Shown here one piece after another: positions 8,906 through 17,818 of a DNA stretch of 64,000 bases; positions within the stretch are counted from its first letter, which is position 1, and every line of letters begins with the position of its first letter. The position numbers were made by a program, and so were the translations under genes. Below the pieces are notes generated by a model, which saw nothing but the letters and a program-made list of their open reading frames with translations, did not search any database and was not told where the DNA came from. The DNA comes from Oligoflexales bacterium (GTDB lineage: Bacteria; Bdellovibrionota_B; Oligoflexia; Oligoflexales; CAIYRB01). The DNA is taken from NCBI GenBank assembly GCA_041736175.1, contig JBGSUI010000188.1:8717-72716 (forward strand). Reading direction: 5' to 3'.

Positions 8906-10750
8906 CTATAAAAACGTAGTTATTTCCCGTTTCTTTGCTTTTTTGAGGAGTTGCTTAGCGTGATTAAGACTCGCTTGGGTCACTTCTGCACCGGAAATTA
9001 AGCGGGCAATCTCCCGTTCGCTGGCTTTTTTGTCTAAGGCCACGATTTGTGATTCCGTACGGTCCCCTGAGCCCTGCTTACGCACTAAAAAGTGAGCATC
9101 GGCAAATGCAGTCACTTGGGCAAGATGTGAGATACAAATCACCTGGAACCTGTGAGAAAGCTCCTGAATCTTTTGGCCAACAACATCAGCAATACGGCCC
9201 GAGATACCCGTGTCGATCTCATCGAAAACCAAGAGACAGCTATCAGCACCTGCAGCCAGGGATTTTTTAAGTGCCAAAATAACCCGCGAAATCTCCCCTC
9301 CTGAAGCGATTTTTTGGAGGGGGTGGAGGGGTTCTCCTTTATTTGCAGCTAAGAGAAACTGACCTCGTTCCATCCCGTGATCGCCGAGTTGGGACCAATC
9401 ATCGCAAAAAGCTTGCCACCGGGTGCGGATATCCTCACCCAAAAAACCAAGGTCGAGGTCTGGTGGTTGCAGTCGGATGGGGCTAAACTCCACATCGATT
9501 TGAGCACCAGGCATCGCAAGCTGGTGGAGTTCCTTTTCTAGATGCTTTTGCACGATATCTTTAGCCTTTTTTCGAGCCAGGGACAGGGCTTCTCCCTGCT
9601 TTCTCAATTCTTTTGAGTCAGCTTGGAGTTTCTGAAGAGCCGTCGTGATTGTCTGGGAGGCTTGATCGATCCAGTCGCGCTCCTGGAAGATGCGACGCTG
9701 CTCGTCTAAAAGCTGGTCGATAGTATGGACGTTGAGTTTGCGAAAGAGGTCTTGGTATCCGACCAGTCGGAGTTGCATTTCTTCCAATTCGGTTTCGTTA
9801 ATGGAGAGGTCTCGGATCGTCACGCCGATTTGAAAACTCAGATCGTCGATCAATCCAGCGATTTGCGCTGCTTGATCGGCGCAATGGGTGAGTTTGGAGG
9901 TGATGCTTTCTCCAAGGGGCGTCGTAGTGATGCGGCTCAGGCGTCGGTGGCAGTCCCACAGGTTTTGGCTAGGGGAAGTATGCTGATCACCCGCTTCGAG
10001 AGATGTCTGAATGATCTGAAGATCTCGTAAGATCTGAAGGTTTTGCGTCACAGCCTTTAAGACCGTAGTGATCTGATGGTACTCCTCCTGTTGGGGCTCA
10101 AACCGGGAGAGCTCGTCGCAGCGGAAGTTGATATAATCAGCGCTTTGGCGGCGGCTGCGGAACCGGTCCACCAAATCTATAAAATCCTTCAGGTCACCGA
10201 TGATTTTGCGGCGCTGGATGTTATACCTCTCCAGGGGCCCTTTGCTTCCCTCAGGGGCTAAAGACGTCACAAGGGGGAGAAACTGATCGAGCCATTGGAG
10301 GTGATGGGCGGGATCGAGGAGCCTAAGGCTATCGTGTTGGCCAAAAACATCGATCAACGTTCCGCCTACTTCCTTAAGGGTCGCCGCGGTTACCGGGGTG
10401 TCGTTGATCCAGGCGAGAAAGCGTCCCTTTGGACTGATCACCCGACGGATAAGGATAGGAATGCCTGTGCTTTCGGAAGTGGAGACTTCATAGCCAATGC
10501 CACAGTGGGAGAGGATCCCTAAGACTTTATGGCCTACTTCAACCTCAAAGTAACCTGTGATGCTAGCTGCTGCGCGCCCACGACGCACATATTCCGGGTG
10601 ACCCTTGCCCCCAAGGAGGAGACCTAAGGCTCTAATCAAGATAGACTTACCGGCGCCAGTTTCGCCTGTAATGACGTTGAACTGAGGGCTGAATTCAATG
10701 GCCAGCGATTCAATGATGGCTAGTCCTTCGATTTCAAGTCTGGAAAGCAC
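8906..10750 (-). CDS. recN: DNA repair protein RecN
   Basis: N-terminus MLSRLEIEGLAIIESLAIEFSPQFNVITGETGAGKSILIRALGLLLG (Walker A), a long coiled-coil middle, and the C-terminal ASGGEISRV signature plus LLVFDEIDTGISG Walker B. Confidence 0.92.
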   Translation of the reverse strand: MLSRLEIEGLAIIESLAIEFSPQFNVITGETGAGKSILIRALGLLLGGKGHPEYVRRGRAAASITGYFEVEVGHKVLGILSHCGIGYEVSTSESTGIPILIRRVISPKGRFLAWINDTPVTAATLKEVGGTLIDVFGQHDSLRLLDPAHHLQWLDQFLPLVTSLAPEGSKGPLERYNIQRRKIIGDLKDFIDLVDRFRSRRQSADYINFRCDELSRFEPQQEEYHQITTVLKAVTQNLQILRDLQIIQTSLEAGDQHTSPSQNLWDCHRRLSRITTTPLGESITSKLTHCADQAAQIAGLIDDLSFQIGVTIRDLSINETELEEMQLRLVGYQDLFRKLNVHTIDQLLDEQRRIFQERDWIDQASQTITTALQKLQADSKELRKQGEALSLARKKAKDIVQKHLEKELHQLAMPGAQIDVEFSPIRLQPPDLDLGFLGEDIRTRWQAFCDDWSQLGDHGMERGQFLLAANKGEPLHPLQKIASGGEISRVILALKKSLAAGADSCLLVFDEIDTGISGRIADVVGQKIQELSHRFQVICISHLAQVTAFADAHFLVRKQGSGDRTESQIVALDKKASEREIARLISGAEVTQASLNHAKQLLKKAKKREITTFL

Positions 10751-10848
10751 GTGGTTTCTATCCTCCCTACCTTCCTAACATATCGAGGAACAGCTTCCTG
10801 GTCTATAAGCGTCCATGAGGGATCAAGAAATGTCTTTGGCGCGGCGAT

Positions 10849-11709
10849 CTATCTGATAGTCTGGGTTTTTAACTTTCTATTCCTCTCTCTTAAAAAGGCG
10901 ATGGCTTTTTCCGACCAAGCGAGGAGCCGGTTGAAATTGGTGGTGTCCTCGGATGTGGCCGCTGGTGGGGGTGGGCCAAGGACCACTGACACCTCGGCCA
11001 GATCCTCAGCCGTGATGGATTGGGCTGCCGCCACGATTTTTTCTCGTCTTTTGGTTTCTTTGATTTCTAGAGCATTCATGGGCCGACGGCCTGATCCCGG
11101 CCTAGCCTCTTTGTCGACCATCAACACTTTAAAAAACATAAATACTTTCCAAGTATTAGCCGCATCGTCCCTCGCCCGATGCGGCGTCCCCTCAAAGGCA
11201 AGCCCTAGTCTTTGGAGGGCCTTTTCAAGCCCTGCTTTACCGACGACGTCATTGGCTGTACCCCACATCTTGTAAACGGTCTTCATATCCTCCCAGCGGT
11301 GGCCGAAAAAGAAAAATCGGGCTTTGGTCCCGTCGTTCTCCACAGGAGGTGGGTCAAACACGCCGGGCCGTTCCGCCTCAACCTGTTTCTTGAGTTCTAC
11401 CGAATCCCCGCCGCCCCAGGTGTAGAGAGTCCTGCAGGCTCCCCATTTGTCGCAAAAAGCTTTGAGAGTCTCATAGGCCTCATAGACGCTTCCACCTGCG
11501 GCGACGTCGGCGTCGGTGATGGTTGTGAGTTCTGTAATAAACGGGGAAATGGGCTCCTTTGGGTTTACAAAATAGCTCAGGGAATCGACGATTTCACCCG
11601 TCACGACGTCGCCGACTACCGCTCCCACTTCTATAATCCGTCCTGATGGCTGGTTCATTTCTAGATCAAGGAAGACCAGATAGCGATGATGGGACTTTTT
11701 AGTGCTCAT
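10849..11709 (-). CDS. DEDDh 3'-5' exonuclease-domain protein with ~100-aa C-terminal extension
   Basis: ExoI FLDLEMN, ExoII-like WGGGDS and ExoIII HRARDDAANT. I moved the start to ATG 11709 (MSTKK..), which has GGAGAG 6 nt upstream; the track start 11724 is a GTG. Confidence 0.75.
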   Translation of the reverse strand: MSTKKSHHRYLVFLDLEMNQPSGRIIEVGAVVGDVVTGEIVDSLSYFVNPKEPISPFITELTTITDADVAAGGSVYEAYETLKAFCDKWGACRTLYTWGGGDSVELKKQVEAERPGVFDPPPVENDGTKARFFFFGHRWEDMKTVYKMWGTANDVVGKAGLEKALQRLGLAFEGTPHRARDDAANTWKVFMFFKVLMVDKEARPGSGRRPMNALEIKETKRREKIVAAAQSITAEDLAEVSVVLGPPPPAATSEDTTNFNRLLAWSEKAIAFLRERNRKLKTQTIR

Positions 11710-11829
11710 ATTGATTCTCTCCACGTTCTATGACCGGGCCTATCTATAATATCATCCTGCAGGAGGCCGCTAGGAAGAATATCAATCTTGGGATACTTTA
11801 ATTTAACTTATTTATTTTACTTGGTTTAT

Positions 11830-11900
11830 TTAGTCATATATTTTGACTCAATATTTATGACTCATAAAATTTGACTCATTTTTTTTGACTAACAGGTCAA
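11830..11900. repeat. phased heptamer array: TGACTCA x3 plus TGACTAA at exact 14-bp spacing, flanked by inverted half-copies
   Basis: TGACTCA at 11844, 11858 and 11872, and TGACTAA at 11886 (14-bp steps). TTAGTCA (the inverted form) at 11830 is in the same register. GGTCAA at 11895-11900. Confidence 0.9.
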
Positions 11901-11913
11901 AACCATGTAGATT
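11885..11913 (+). promoter_or_regulatory. candidate sigma70-type promoter of the ATPase gene
   Basis: TTGACT (11885-11890), a 17-nt spacer, then TAGATT (11908-11913). It lies 36 nt upstream of ATG 11949. The -35 box is part of the last heptamer repeat. Confidence 0.35.
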
Positions 11914-11948
11914 CCAATCTTAATAGGATGTTTGTAGGAGTGAGCTTT

Positions 11949-13091
11949 ATGAATGCTTTCCCGATCGATGTAACTCTAAAAAAAGACGAGATTTGCAATC
12001 TTGAAAACGAACAAACAGAGTTAATCGATCTTGCCAAAAGTGGCAAACGAGTTGTTATTTTTGGACGACGGAATACCGGGAAAACATCGATTATTTTGAA
12101 TGTAATCATTCCCCAAATGTTGAAGACAAACAAACACGCCGTTTGTGTTTTTGTAGACTTTATGGGGGTTGATTCACAGTCCGATGTGGAAATCCGCTTA
12201 AATCGTGCCATCGAATTTGCTTTAGCGAGGGCCTATCCTGGGCGCAAATTCCTCAGCAGCTTGATGGACGCCGCAAAATCTTTTCGTCCAACCCTCGAAA
12301 CCGATGCGGTGAGTGGAAGCATATCCATCTCAATCACCTCCGATCCTACAAAAAAAACGTCACACTTAGAGTCTCTCATCAGCAAGCTTGGTGAACTCCA
12401 TCAATCTACAAAGGTTTTTCTCGCCTTTGATGAGTTTCAGGACATTGCCTCCGTTCGCCAGATGACGGCTCTTTTCAGAAGCGCTCTCCAGCTTCTTCCC
12501 AAAGACCTCCCGGTATTTATTTGCGGATCAAAAAAACACCTCCTTGCGTCCATGTTTGGCCCCCATAAAGCGCCATTCGCGGGTTGGGGACGTGACCTCG
12601 AAATTCCGACGATTCGAAGTAAGGCCTATCTTCATAAGTATTACGACTACGCATCCACCAGACTTACGAACGCCAATATCAAAATCGATATGGAGTCATT
12701 CGCCTATCTTGTCGACCAGTGTGATGGCATCCCCGAGGCTGTCAATATTGTGCTCGAAAATCTGTTGCGCAGGTGTCCTGGCAAATCCGTCTACCAAGAA
12801 GATATCAATGGGGGTCTTGTCGCCGTTATCGATGAGAGGCGCGGAAGATTCGAGGAGCAGCTGATGAGGTTCCGTTCTCCAGAGAAACTGGTTTTGTCCA
12901 TGATCGCTAAACATGGACCCATCAAACACCCTAAAGGTAAAGATTTTTTGTCTTTACTGAGATCCCTCTCTCCCTCGACGGTTTTTAATGCTATTCGTCA
13001 ACTAGAACGGAATGCTGATATTTACAGCACGGACCTTGGATTCGTCGTATCCGATCCACTCCTTAGTATTTTTTTGCGTCGTTATCGCTAA
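11949..13091 (+). CDS. ORC/Cdc6-like AAA+ ATPase (Arch_ATPase/DUF234-type) with C-terminal winged-helix-like region
   Basis: Walker A GRRNTGKTS and Walker B VFLAFDEFQD. C-terminal ..STVFNAIRQLERNADIY.. looks wHTH-like. I prefer the start at ATG 11949 (AGGAG 8 nt upstream); the track start is 11928. Confidence 0.65.
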   Translation: MNAFPIDVTLKKDEICNLENEQTELIDLAKSGKRVVIFGRRNTGKTSIILNVIIPQMLKTNKHAVCVFVDFMGVDSQSDVEIRLNRAIEFALARAYPGRKFLSSLMDAAKSFRPTLETDAVSGSISISITSDPTKKTSHLESLISKLGELHQSTKVFLAFDEFQDIASVRQMTALFRSALQLLPKDLPVFICGSKKHLLASMFGPHKAPFAGWGRDLEIPTIRSKAYLHKYYDYASTRLTNANIKIDMESFAYLVDQCDGIPEAVNIVLENLLRRCPGKSVYQEDINGGLVAVIDERRGRFEEQLMRFRSPEKLVLSMIAKHGPIKHPKGKDFLSLLRSLSPSTVFNAIRQLERNADIYSTDLGFVVSDPLLSIFLRRYR

Positions 13092-13135
13092 GGGACTACA
13101 TTGATCGTTGCCTAAGATTTGACAGGAGATTTTCG

Positions 13136-13630
13136 ATGGCTATTCGGATTCTGATCACAGGGGGAACTTTTGACAAAGAGTACAACGAACTCGATGGGGG
13201 ACTGTTTTTTAAAGACACCCATGTCCCCGAAATCTTAAAGCTAGGCCGCTCCCAAGTCCCCGTCTCCTTGCGAACCCTTATGCTGCTTGACAGCCTTGAG
13301 CTTACGGATGCCGACCGACAGATTATCCTGGATCAGTGCCTAAAGTGCCCAGAGACAAAGGTCGTGATCACCCATGGGACCGATACGATGGTCGAGACCG
13401 CAAAGTTTTTAGGGCCACGGGTCCAAGATCGTACCGTGGTCCTGACCGGAGCTATGATTCCCTATACCTTTGGTAGCTCCGACGGACTCTTCAATCTCGG
13501 CAGTGCTTTAGCCTATGCCCAGACCCTCCCAAAGGGCGTCTATATCGCGATGAACGGTCGTTACTTTTCGTGGGATAACGTCACAAAGAATCGTCAACTT
13601 GGTTGTTTTGAAGAGCTTCGAAACCCATGA
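13136..13630 (+). CDS. stand-alone asparaginase/glutaminase N-domain protein (164 aa)
   Basis: ILITGGTFDK (first catalytic Thr motif) and ITHGTDTMVETA (HGTDT motif) of the L-asparaginase family. At 164 aa it is about half of a normal type I enzyme, so the C-domain is absent. Confidence 0.65.
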   Translation: MAIRILITGGTFDKEYNELDGGLFFKDTHVPEILKLGRSQVPVSLRTLMLLDSLELTDADRQIILDQCLKCPETKVVITHGTDTMVETAKFLGPRVQDRTVVLTGAMIPYTFGSSDGLFNLGSALAYAQTLPKGVYIAMNGRYFSWDNVTKNRQLGCFEELRNP

Positions 13631-13647
13631 GGATCTTAGTCATAAAA

Positions 13648-13670
13648 AAAGATCTCGACGGGAGATCTTT
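13648..13670 (+). terminator. hairpin terminator candidate after the ATPase / mini-asparaginase pair
   Basis: AAAGATCTC gacgg GAGATCTTT: a perfect 9-bp stem with a 5-nt loop, followed by T then AAAT, so the U-tail is weak. Confidence 0.45.
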
Positions 13671-14031
13671 TAAATGAATATGATAAGATGATTATTAGAT
13701 TTCAGAAATTACAAGAAACCAGTCTTGACTCCGGTAGGGTGGTGCGAGTAGAGAGGAGATTCTCATATTCGCTTTCTGCAAAGGTATGAGTGATTATTGG
13801 GGTGGCTTGCGTCCATATTGGGTGGGTACATCCTAGAAAGCGTAAAGGGGATTGTTCCCTGAGACATGGAAGGCTTCCAAATTTATCCCAACTCAATGGA
13901 ATCAGTTGGATCTTGGGAACACATGTGGGAATTGTACCAAATGCTCCGTACCAGGGAAAAAAGGACGAGACTCCTTTAATTTTGTCGGACTCAGGCTTAT
14001 TTATCGACCAATGTTAAGGTGGTAGATCTCT

Positions 14032-17000
14032 TTGGGAGTGAACACATTGGCGCAAAGGCGCAAAAAGCGAAATCGTAGCGGTCCTAATGCACCTGGAACT
14101 GATCAAAGTCAGCCTCAGTCTGTAAGACCTCCATCCTTTACCAGATCACTCGCTCCAGCAGTGGAGGGAGATGTTCGACAACGGGGAGATATCTATTTTC
14201 AGCAGGGAAGGGTCCTCGAACCTCAAGCAACCCCTGAAAGGATTTCTTCCCAGGTCAACGGTAAAGGTGGCCAATACACCGTTACGATCGATTTGGCACT
14301 GGATCCAAAAAAACGCCGAGCGGCGATTAGCGCTCTGTGTAGTTGTCCATTTTTTGCTGAGGGGCGAGGATGCTGCAAACACATTTGGGCTGTTCTAGTC
14401 TTTGCAGATCACTCTAAAGAAACACTTTTTAAGGTTCCACCGGGGTTTCAAGTGGGATTTCTCAAGCGCAATACACCGACTCCACGTAAACTGCCTGCTG
14501 TTGTTAGCGTCGCGCCGGGCGAATCTAGCCGCATCAGAGCTTTTTCGGCCCGAGACTTGGCGTCTCCGGGTACCAATCGTGAGCCTGAACCAAGGCCTCC
14601 CGAACATCGATCGGGTCGCAACGACCAGCCCAACTGGCGCGACGCCCTTAAGATGGTCTCCCATACCCAACGGGACCTTTGGGAATCGAAACAAAAGATT
14701 TCGCCTCAAGCAGCCCAAGATCTCCACTACGTCCTCGATGTGGAGCAGACTAAACGCTCGGGACAACTTACGATTCAGCTCTATCGAAGCATGGGAGTCA
14801 CTGCACCTGACGAATCCCAAACTTTTTTACTCGTTCCGGCGGCGATCGATCCCCATATTCTCGACTCCCTAAGCGAAGGTACTGATCGAGAAGTCCTCAT
14901 GAACTTTTTTGGGGTCGCATCAACAACCGTCGCCCGAGCGGGGACCTGGGAAGACGGAGCCACCAATCTCAGGACTCGAGGCCACTCTTTTGTGGTCGCC
15001 GATTGTCTCCGCTTAGATCTTATCCGTAAATTAGCCCAAACTGGTCGGTTTGGATGGCTTTCCCTCGATGAGATTAAAAATGAAAAAGACCGCGGAGAAC
15101 CTTCGCCTGGAGCTTCCGCGGCACCTCATTCTCCCCAAGTCCCGCCGGTCCACGGTCTGGATCCTCAGGTCTTTAAGCCTATCGGCCTAGACGAGGGTGA
15201 CATGTGGTCATTTCAGCTAAACGTGTCTCCCCGTAAACAAGACGGCATGTGGCTCATACGAGGTGAAATCACTCGAAACAAAGAGGTCCTCCCCTTAGCC
15301 TATGCCCTTGCCACCTTCCACGATGGCCTTGTGATTTTAAAAGACAAAATAGTATTTGTCGCTGCCCAAGACCCCCGCCAGGGAGGCTGGATGCCTGCGA
15401 TCAGGCAATTTGGAACGATTCGAGTAGACAAGCCCTCCCAAGCTTCCTTCCTGAGAGCCTATGCGGATCAAGTCGGTGCTCCCGCCATTGAACTACCCAT
15501 CGAAAGTGGTTGGAGTCTCATGCGGGGAATCCCTAAGCCAAAACTGATTTTTTCTTCAGCACCCTTCCATGAAAAAGCTATGGTTCTTATGGCTAATCAT
15601 GAGTTTGACTATGAAATCCCTCCAGGACCTGCTTTCTTAGAAGACCCACGGATCCAAACCCTAAGAACTCCGGGAATGCCCCTTGCTGCAACTGAGGGTG
15701 AAGGCGACGGCACGGGAGAGGCAGTCAGTGCTGAGACCAAAACAGTGCCGAAAGAGACTCTCCCTGAAATCCCCCAAACCCGGGTGATCCTTAAACGGGA
15801 TCCTGAGCAAGAAGAAGTTTTGATCAGAGACCTTTGTGCCCATTCTGGAGTCCATCCTTCGGCTGGACGCGGGGTTTCAGGAGCTGATGTTTTTGTGGAT
15901 ACATCGTCCCTTTCGGAGCTAGTGGCGGATCTAACCTTAAGAGGTTGGTCTGTGGAGGCCGAAGGCAAAAAAGTAAGAACCGGTCGGAGTTTTAATGTTG
16001 ATGTGAAGTCCAATATGGACTGGCTCGATTTGAGGGCCCGGTTTGATTTTGGCGACGGCCATGGGATCGACCTGCCAAAGATTCTTGAAGCGATGCGCAA
16101 GGGCGAAGATCGCATCCAACTCAATGATGGCACCGTGGGACTCTTGCCCGAATCTTGGCTCAAGCAGTTAGAGCCGATTTTGAAAATGGGGGAGTCCCTC
16201 GAAAATTCCGATACCCTACGCTACCAGTCCACCCATGCGGCTTTTTTAGATATCCTGGTAGAAGCTGCAGAGACTGCTTCTATCGATGAGTCTTTCGCGG
16301 CCTACCGAGCTAAGCTAGCAACATTTAGCGGCATCCAAACCTCCCGGTGTGCTGCTACTTTCAAGGGGGAGTTGCGTCCCTACCAAAACCAAGGTTTAGG
16401 TTGGCTAGAGTTTCTGGATGAGTTTGCTTTTGGTGGCTGTCTCGCTGATGATATGGGTTTAGGTAAAACCGTCCAGGTACTGGCCCACCTCCAAAAGCGA
16501 CGCCTGGACCAGAAAAAGGCTCTTAAGAGCACACAAAAAGACAAGCTGCTTCCAAACCTTGTCGTAGCCCCCACCAGCCTTATTCATAACTGGGTGGACG
16601 AAGCCCAGCGATTTGTTCCCGATATCAAGGTAGCTCCCCATATGGGTGCCTCCCGGTGCCGAGAACCTGCGGAGCTCAGCCGTTTTGATATCATCGTCAC
16701 CTCCTATGGGACCATGCGTAGCGATATCGAGATGCTCGGTTCCATGAACTTCGATTACGTGATATTAGACGAGGCCCAGGCGATCAAGAACGATACAACC
16801 CAAGCGGCTAAAGCAGCAAGGGCGCTGAAGGCCAAAAGGCGTCTAGCGATGTCCGGAACTCCCGTGGAAAATCGCCTGTCGGAACTGGGATCTCTCTTTC
16901 GGTTTTTAAATCCAGGCATGTTTGAAAATGCTGCGGCCTTTGCCGAGCTGTTTTCAGGTCCTGCAAAACTCACCCCTGGACGCTTGACGACCTTAGCGAA

Positions 17001-17778
17001 AGCTTTGCGGCCCTTTATCTTACGGCGTACCAAGGAACAAGTCCTTCCTGATCTGCCTGGCAAGACCGAAACAACCATCTACTGCGTTCTCGATGATGAT
17101 GCCCGTAAGGAATACGATCAGCTTTCGGCCCATTACCGAGCTTCCTTGAAGAAACAAGTCAAAACGGCCGGAATGCAAAAAACCAGGATGCAAGTCCTCG
17201 AAGCCCTCCTCCGCCTCAGACAGCTAGCCTGCCACCCTGCCTTGATCGATCCGAAAAGGATGGCCGATCCCAGCGCCAAACTGGATCTGTTAGAAGAACA
17301 ATTGGAAGAGGTGGTCAACAACGGTCGAAAAGCACTGGTGTTTAGTCAATTTACATCTATGCTGGCAATCGTCAAAAACCGTTTAGATGCCCGTGGAATC
17401 CCCTATGAATATCTGGACGGATCGACCACTGACCGTAAAGAAAGAGTGGAGAATTTCCAGAACAACGAAAAAATCCAGTTGTTTTTGATCAGCCTTAAGG
17501 CTGGCGGGGTCGGGCTCAATCTAACGGCTGCGGACTATTGTTTTATCCTGGATCCCTGGTGGAATCCCGCCAGCGAAGCCCAGGCCATCGACCGAGCCCA
17601 TCGGATCGGCCAAAAAAACCATGTTTTTGCCTATCGACTTATTGCCAGGGGGACCGTAGAAGAGAAAATCCTCGAACTCCAAGCGGCCAAACGCAAGCTT
17701 GTCGACGGTATCATTGCGGCAGATGGTGATATCCTCACAGAAATGACCGTCGAAGATCTGGATTTTCTGTTAGGGTAG
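14032..17778 (+). CDS. SWIM zinc-finger / SNF2-family helicase (1248 aa)
   Basis: SWIM CxCx..CxH: CSCPFFAEGRGCCKHIWAV. SNF2 N-domain LADDMGLGKTVQ and ILDEAQAIKN. Helicase-C FLISLKAGGVGLNLT and QAIDRAHRIGQ. TTG start at 14032 with AAGGTGG upstream. Confidence 0.88.
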   Translation: MGVNTLAQRRKKRNRSGPNAPGTDQSQPQSVRPPSFTRSLAPAVEGDVRQRGDIYFQQGRVLEPQATPERISSQVNGKGGQYTVTIDLALDPKKRRAAISALCSCPFFAEGRGCCKHIWAVLVFADHSKETLFKVPPGFQVGFLKRNTPTPRKLPAVVSVAPGESSRIRAFSARDLASPGTNREPEPRPPEHRSGRNDQPNWRDALKMVSHTQRDLWESKQKISPQAAQDLHYVLDVEQTKRSGQLTIQLYRSMGVTAPDESQTFLLVPAAIDPHILDSLSEGTDREVLMNFFGVASTTVARAGTWEDGATNLRTRGHSFVVADCLRLDLIRKLAQTGRFGWLSLDEIKNEKDRGEPSPGASAAPHSPQVPPVHGLDPQVFKPIGLDEGDMWSFQLNVSPRKQDGMWLIRGEITRNKEVLPLAYALATFHDGLVILKDKIVFVAAQDPRQGGWMPAIRQFGTIRVDKPSQASFLRAYADQVGAPAIELPIESGWSLMRGIPKPKLIFSSAPFHEKAMVLMANHEFDYEIPPGPAFLEDPRIQTLRTPGMPLAATEGEGDGTGEAVSAETKTVPKETLPEIPQTRVILKRDPEQEEVLIRDLCAHSGVHPSAGRGVSGADVFVDTSSLSELVADLTLRGWSVEAEGKKVRTGRSFNVDVKSNMDWLDLRARFDFGDGHGIDLPKILEAMRKGEDRIQLNDGTVGLLPESWLKQLEPILKMGESLENSDTLRYQSTHAAFLDILVEAAETASIDESFAAYRAKLATFSGIQTSRCAATFKGELRPYQNQGLGWLEFLDEFAFGGCLADDMGLGKTVQVLAHLQKRRLDQKKALKSTQKDKLLPNLVVAPTSLIHNWVDEAQRFVPDIKVAPHMGASRCREPAELSRFDIIVTSYGTMRSDIEMLGSMNFDYVILDEAQAIKNDTTQAAKAARALKAKRRLAMSGTPVENRLSELGSLFRFLNPGMFENAAAFAELFSGPAKLTPGRLTTLAKALRPFILRRTKEQVLPDLPGKTETTIYCVLDDDARKEYDQLSAHYRASLKKQVKTAGMQKTRMQVLEALLRLRQLACHPALIDPKRMADPSAKLDLLEEQLEEVVNNGRKALVFSQFTSMLAIVKNRLDARGIPYEYLDGSTTDRKERVENFQNNEKIQLFLISLKAGGVGLNLTAADYCFILDPWWNPASEAQAIDRAHRIGQKNHVFAYRLIARGTVEEKILELQAAKRKLVDGIIAADGDILTEMTVEDLDFLLG

Positions 17779-17818
17779 CTTTTTTGCGGAAAGCCGCCAC
17801 CTTGATCAGGAGGCGCAG

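Noticed and set aside
10751-11275. 174-aa plus-strand ORF
   Set aside because: It lies almost entirely antisense to the DEDDh exonuclease gene. It is low-complexity and Ser/Ala/Leu-rich, with no RBS. Typical shadow ORF.
11830-11900. CRISPR array or replication origin
   Set aside because: The units are 7 bp at a 14-bp period, with A/T-only spacers and only 4-6 copies. That is far too short for CRISPR. There are no DnaA boxes (TTATCCACA) and no adjacent dnaA or rep gene.
13671-14031. Possible structured ncRNA or riboswitch in the 360-bp gap before the SNF2 gene
   Set aside because: I could not match it to RNase P, tmRNA, SRP, 6S, cobalamin or c-di-GMP riboswitch consensus strings, and it has only short local hairpins. 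I kept it only as a low-interest note.
15609-16163. 184-aa minus-strand ORF, plus similar long antisense ORFs at 7155-7772, 17842-18375, 25023-25538, 40994-41392, 42809-43309, 46839-47324, 52227-52607 and 53677-54051
   Set aside because: All are embedded antisense in, or out of frame with, strongly supported genes (SNF2, GH2, the P-type ATPase, AbiEi, rpoA and ribosomal proteins). Their compositions are Arg/Ser/Pro-rich shadow-frame artefacts.
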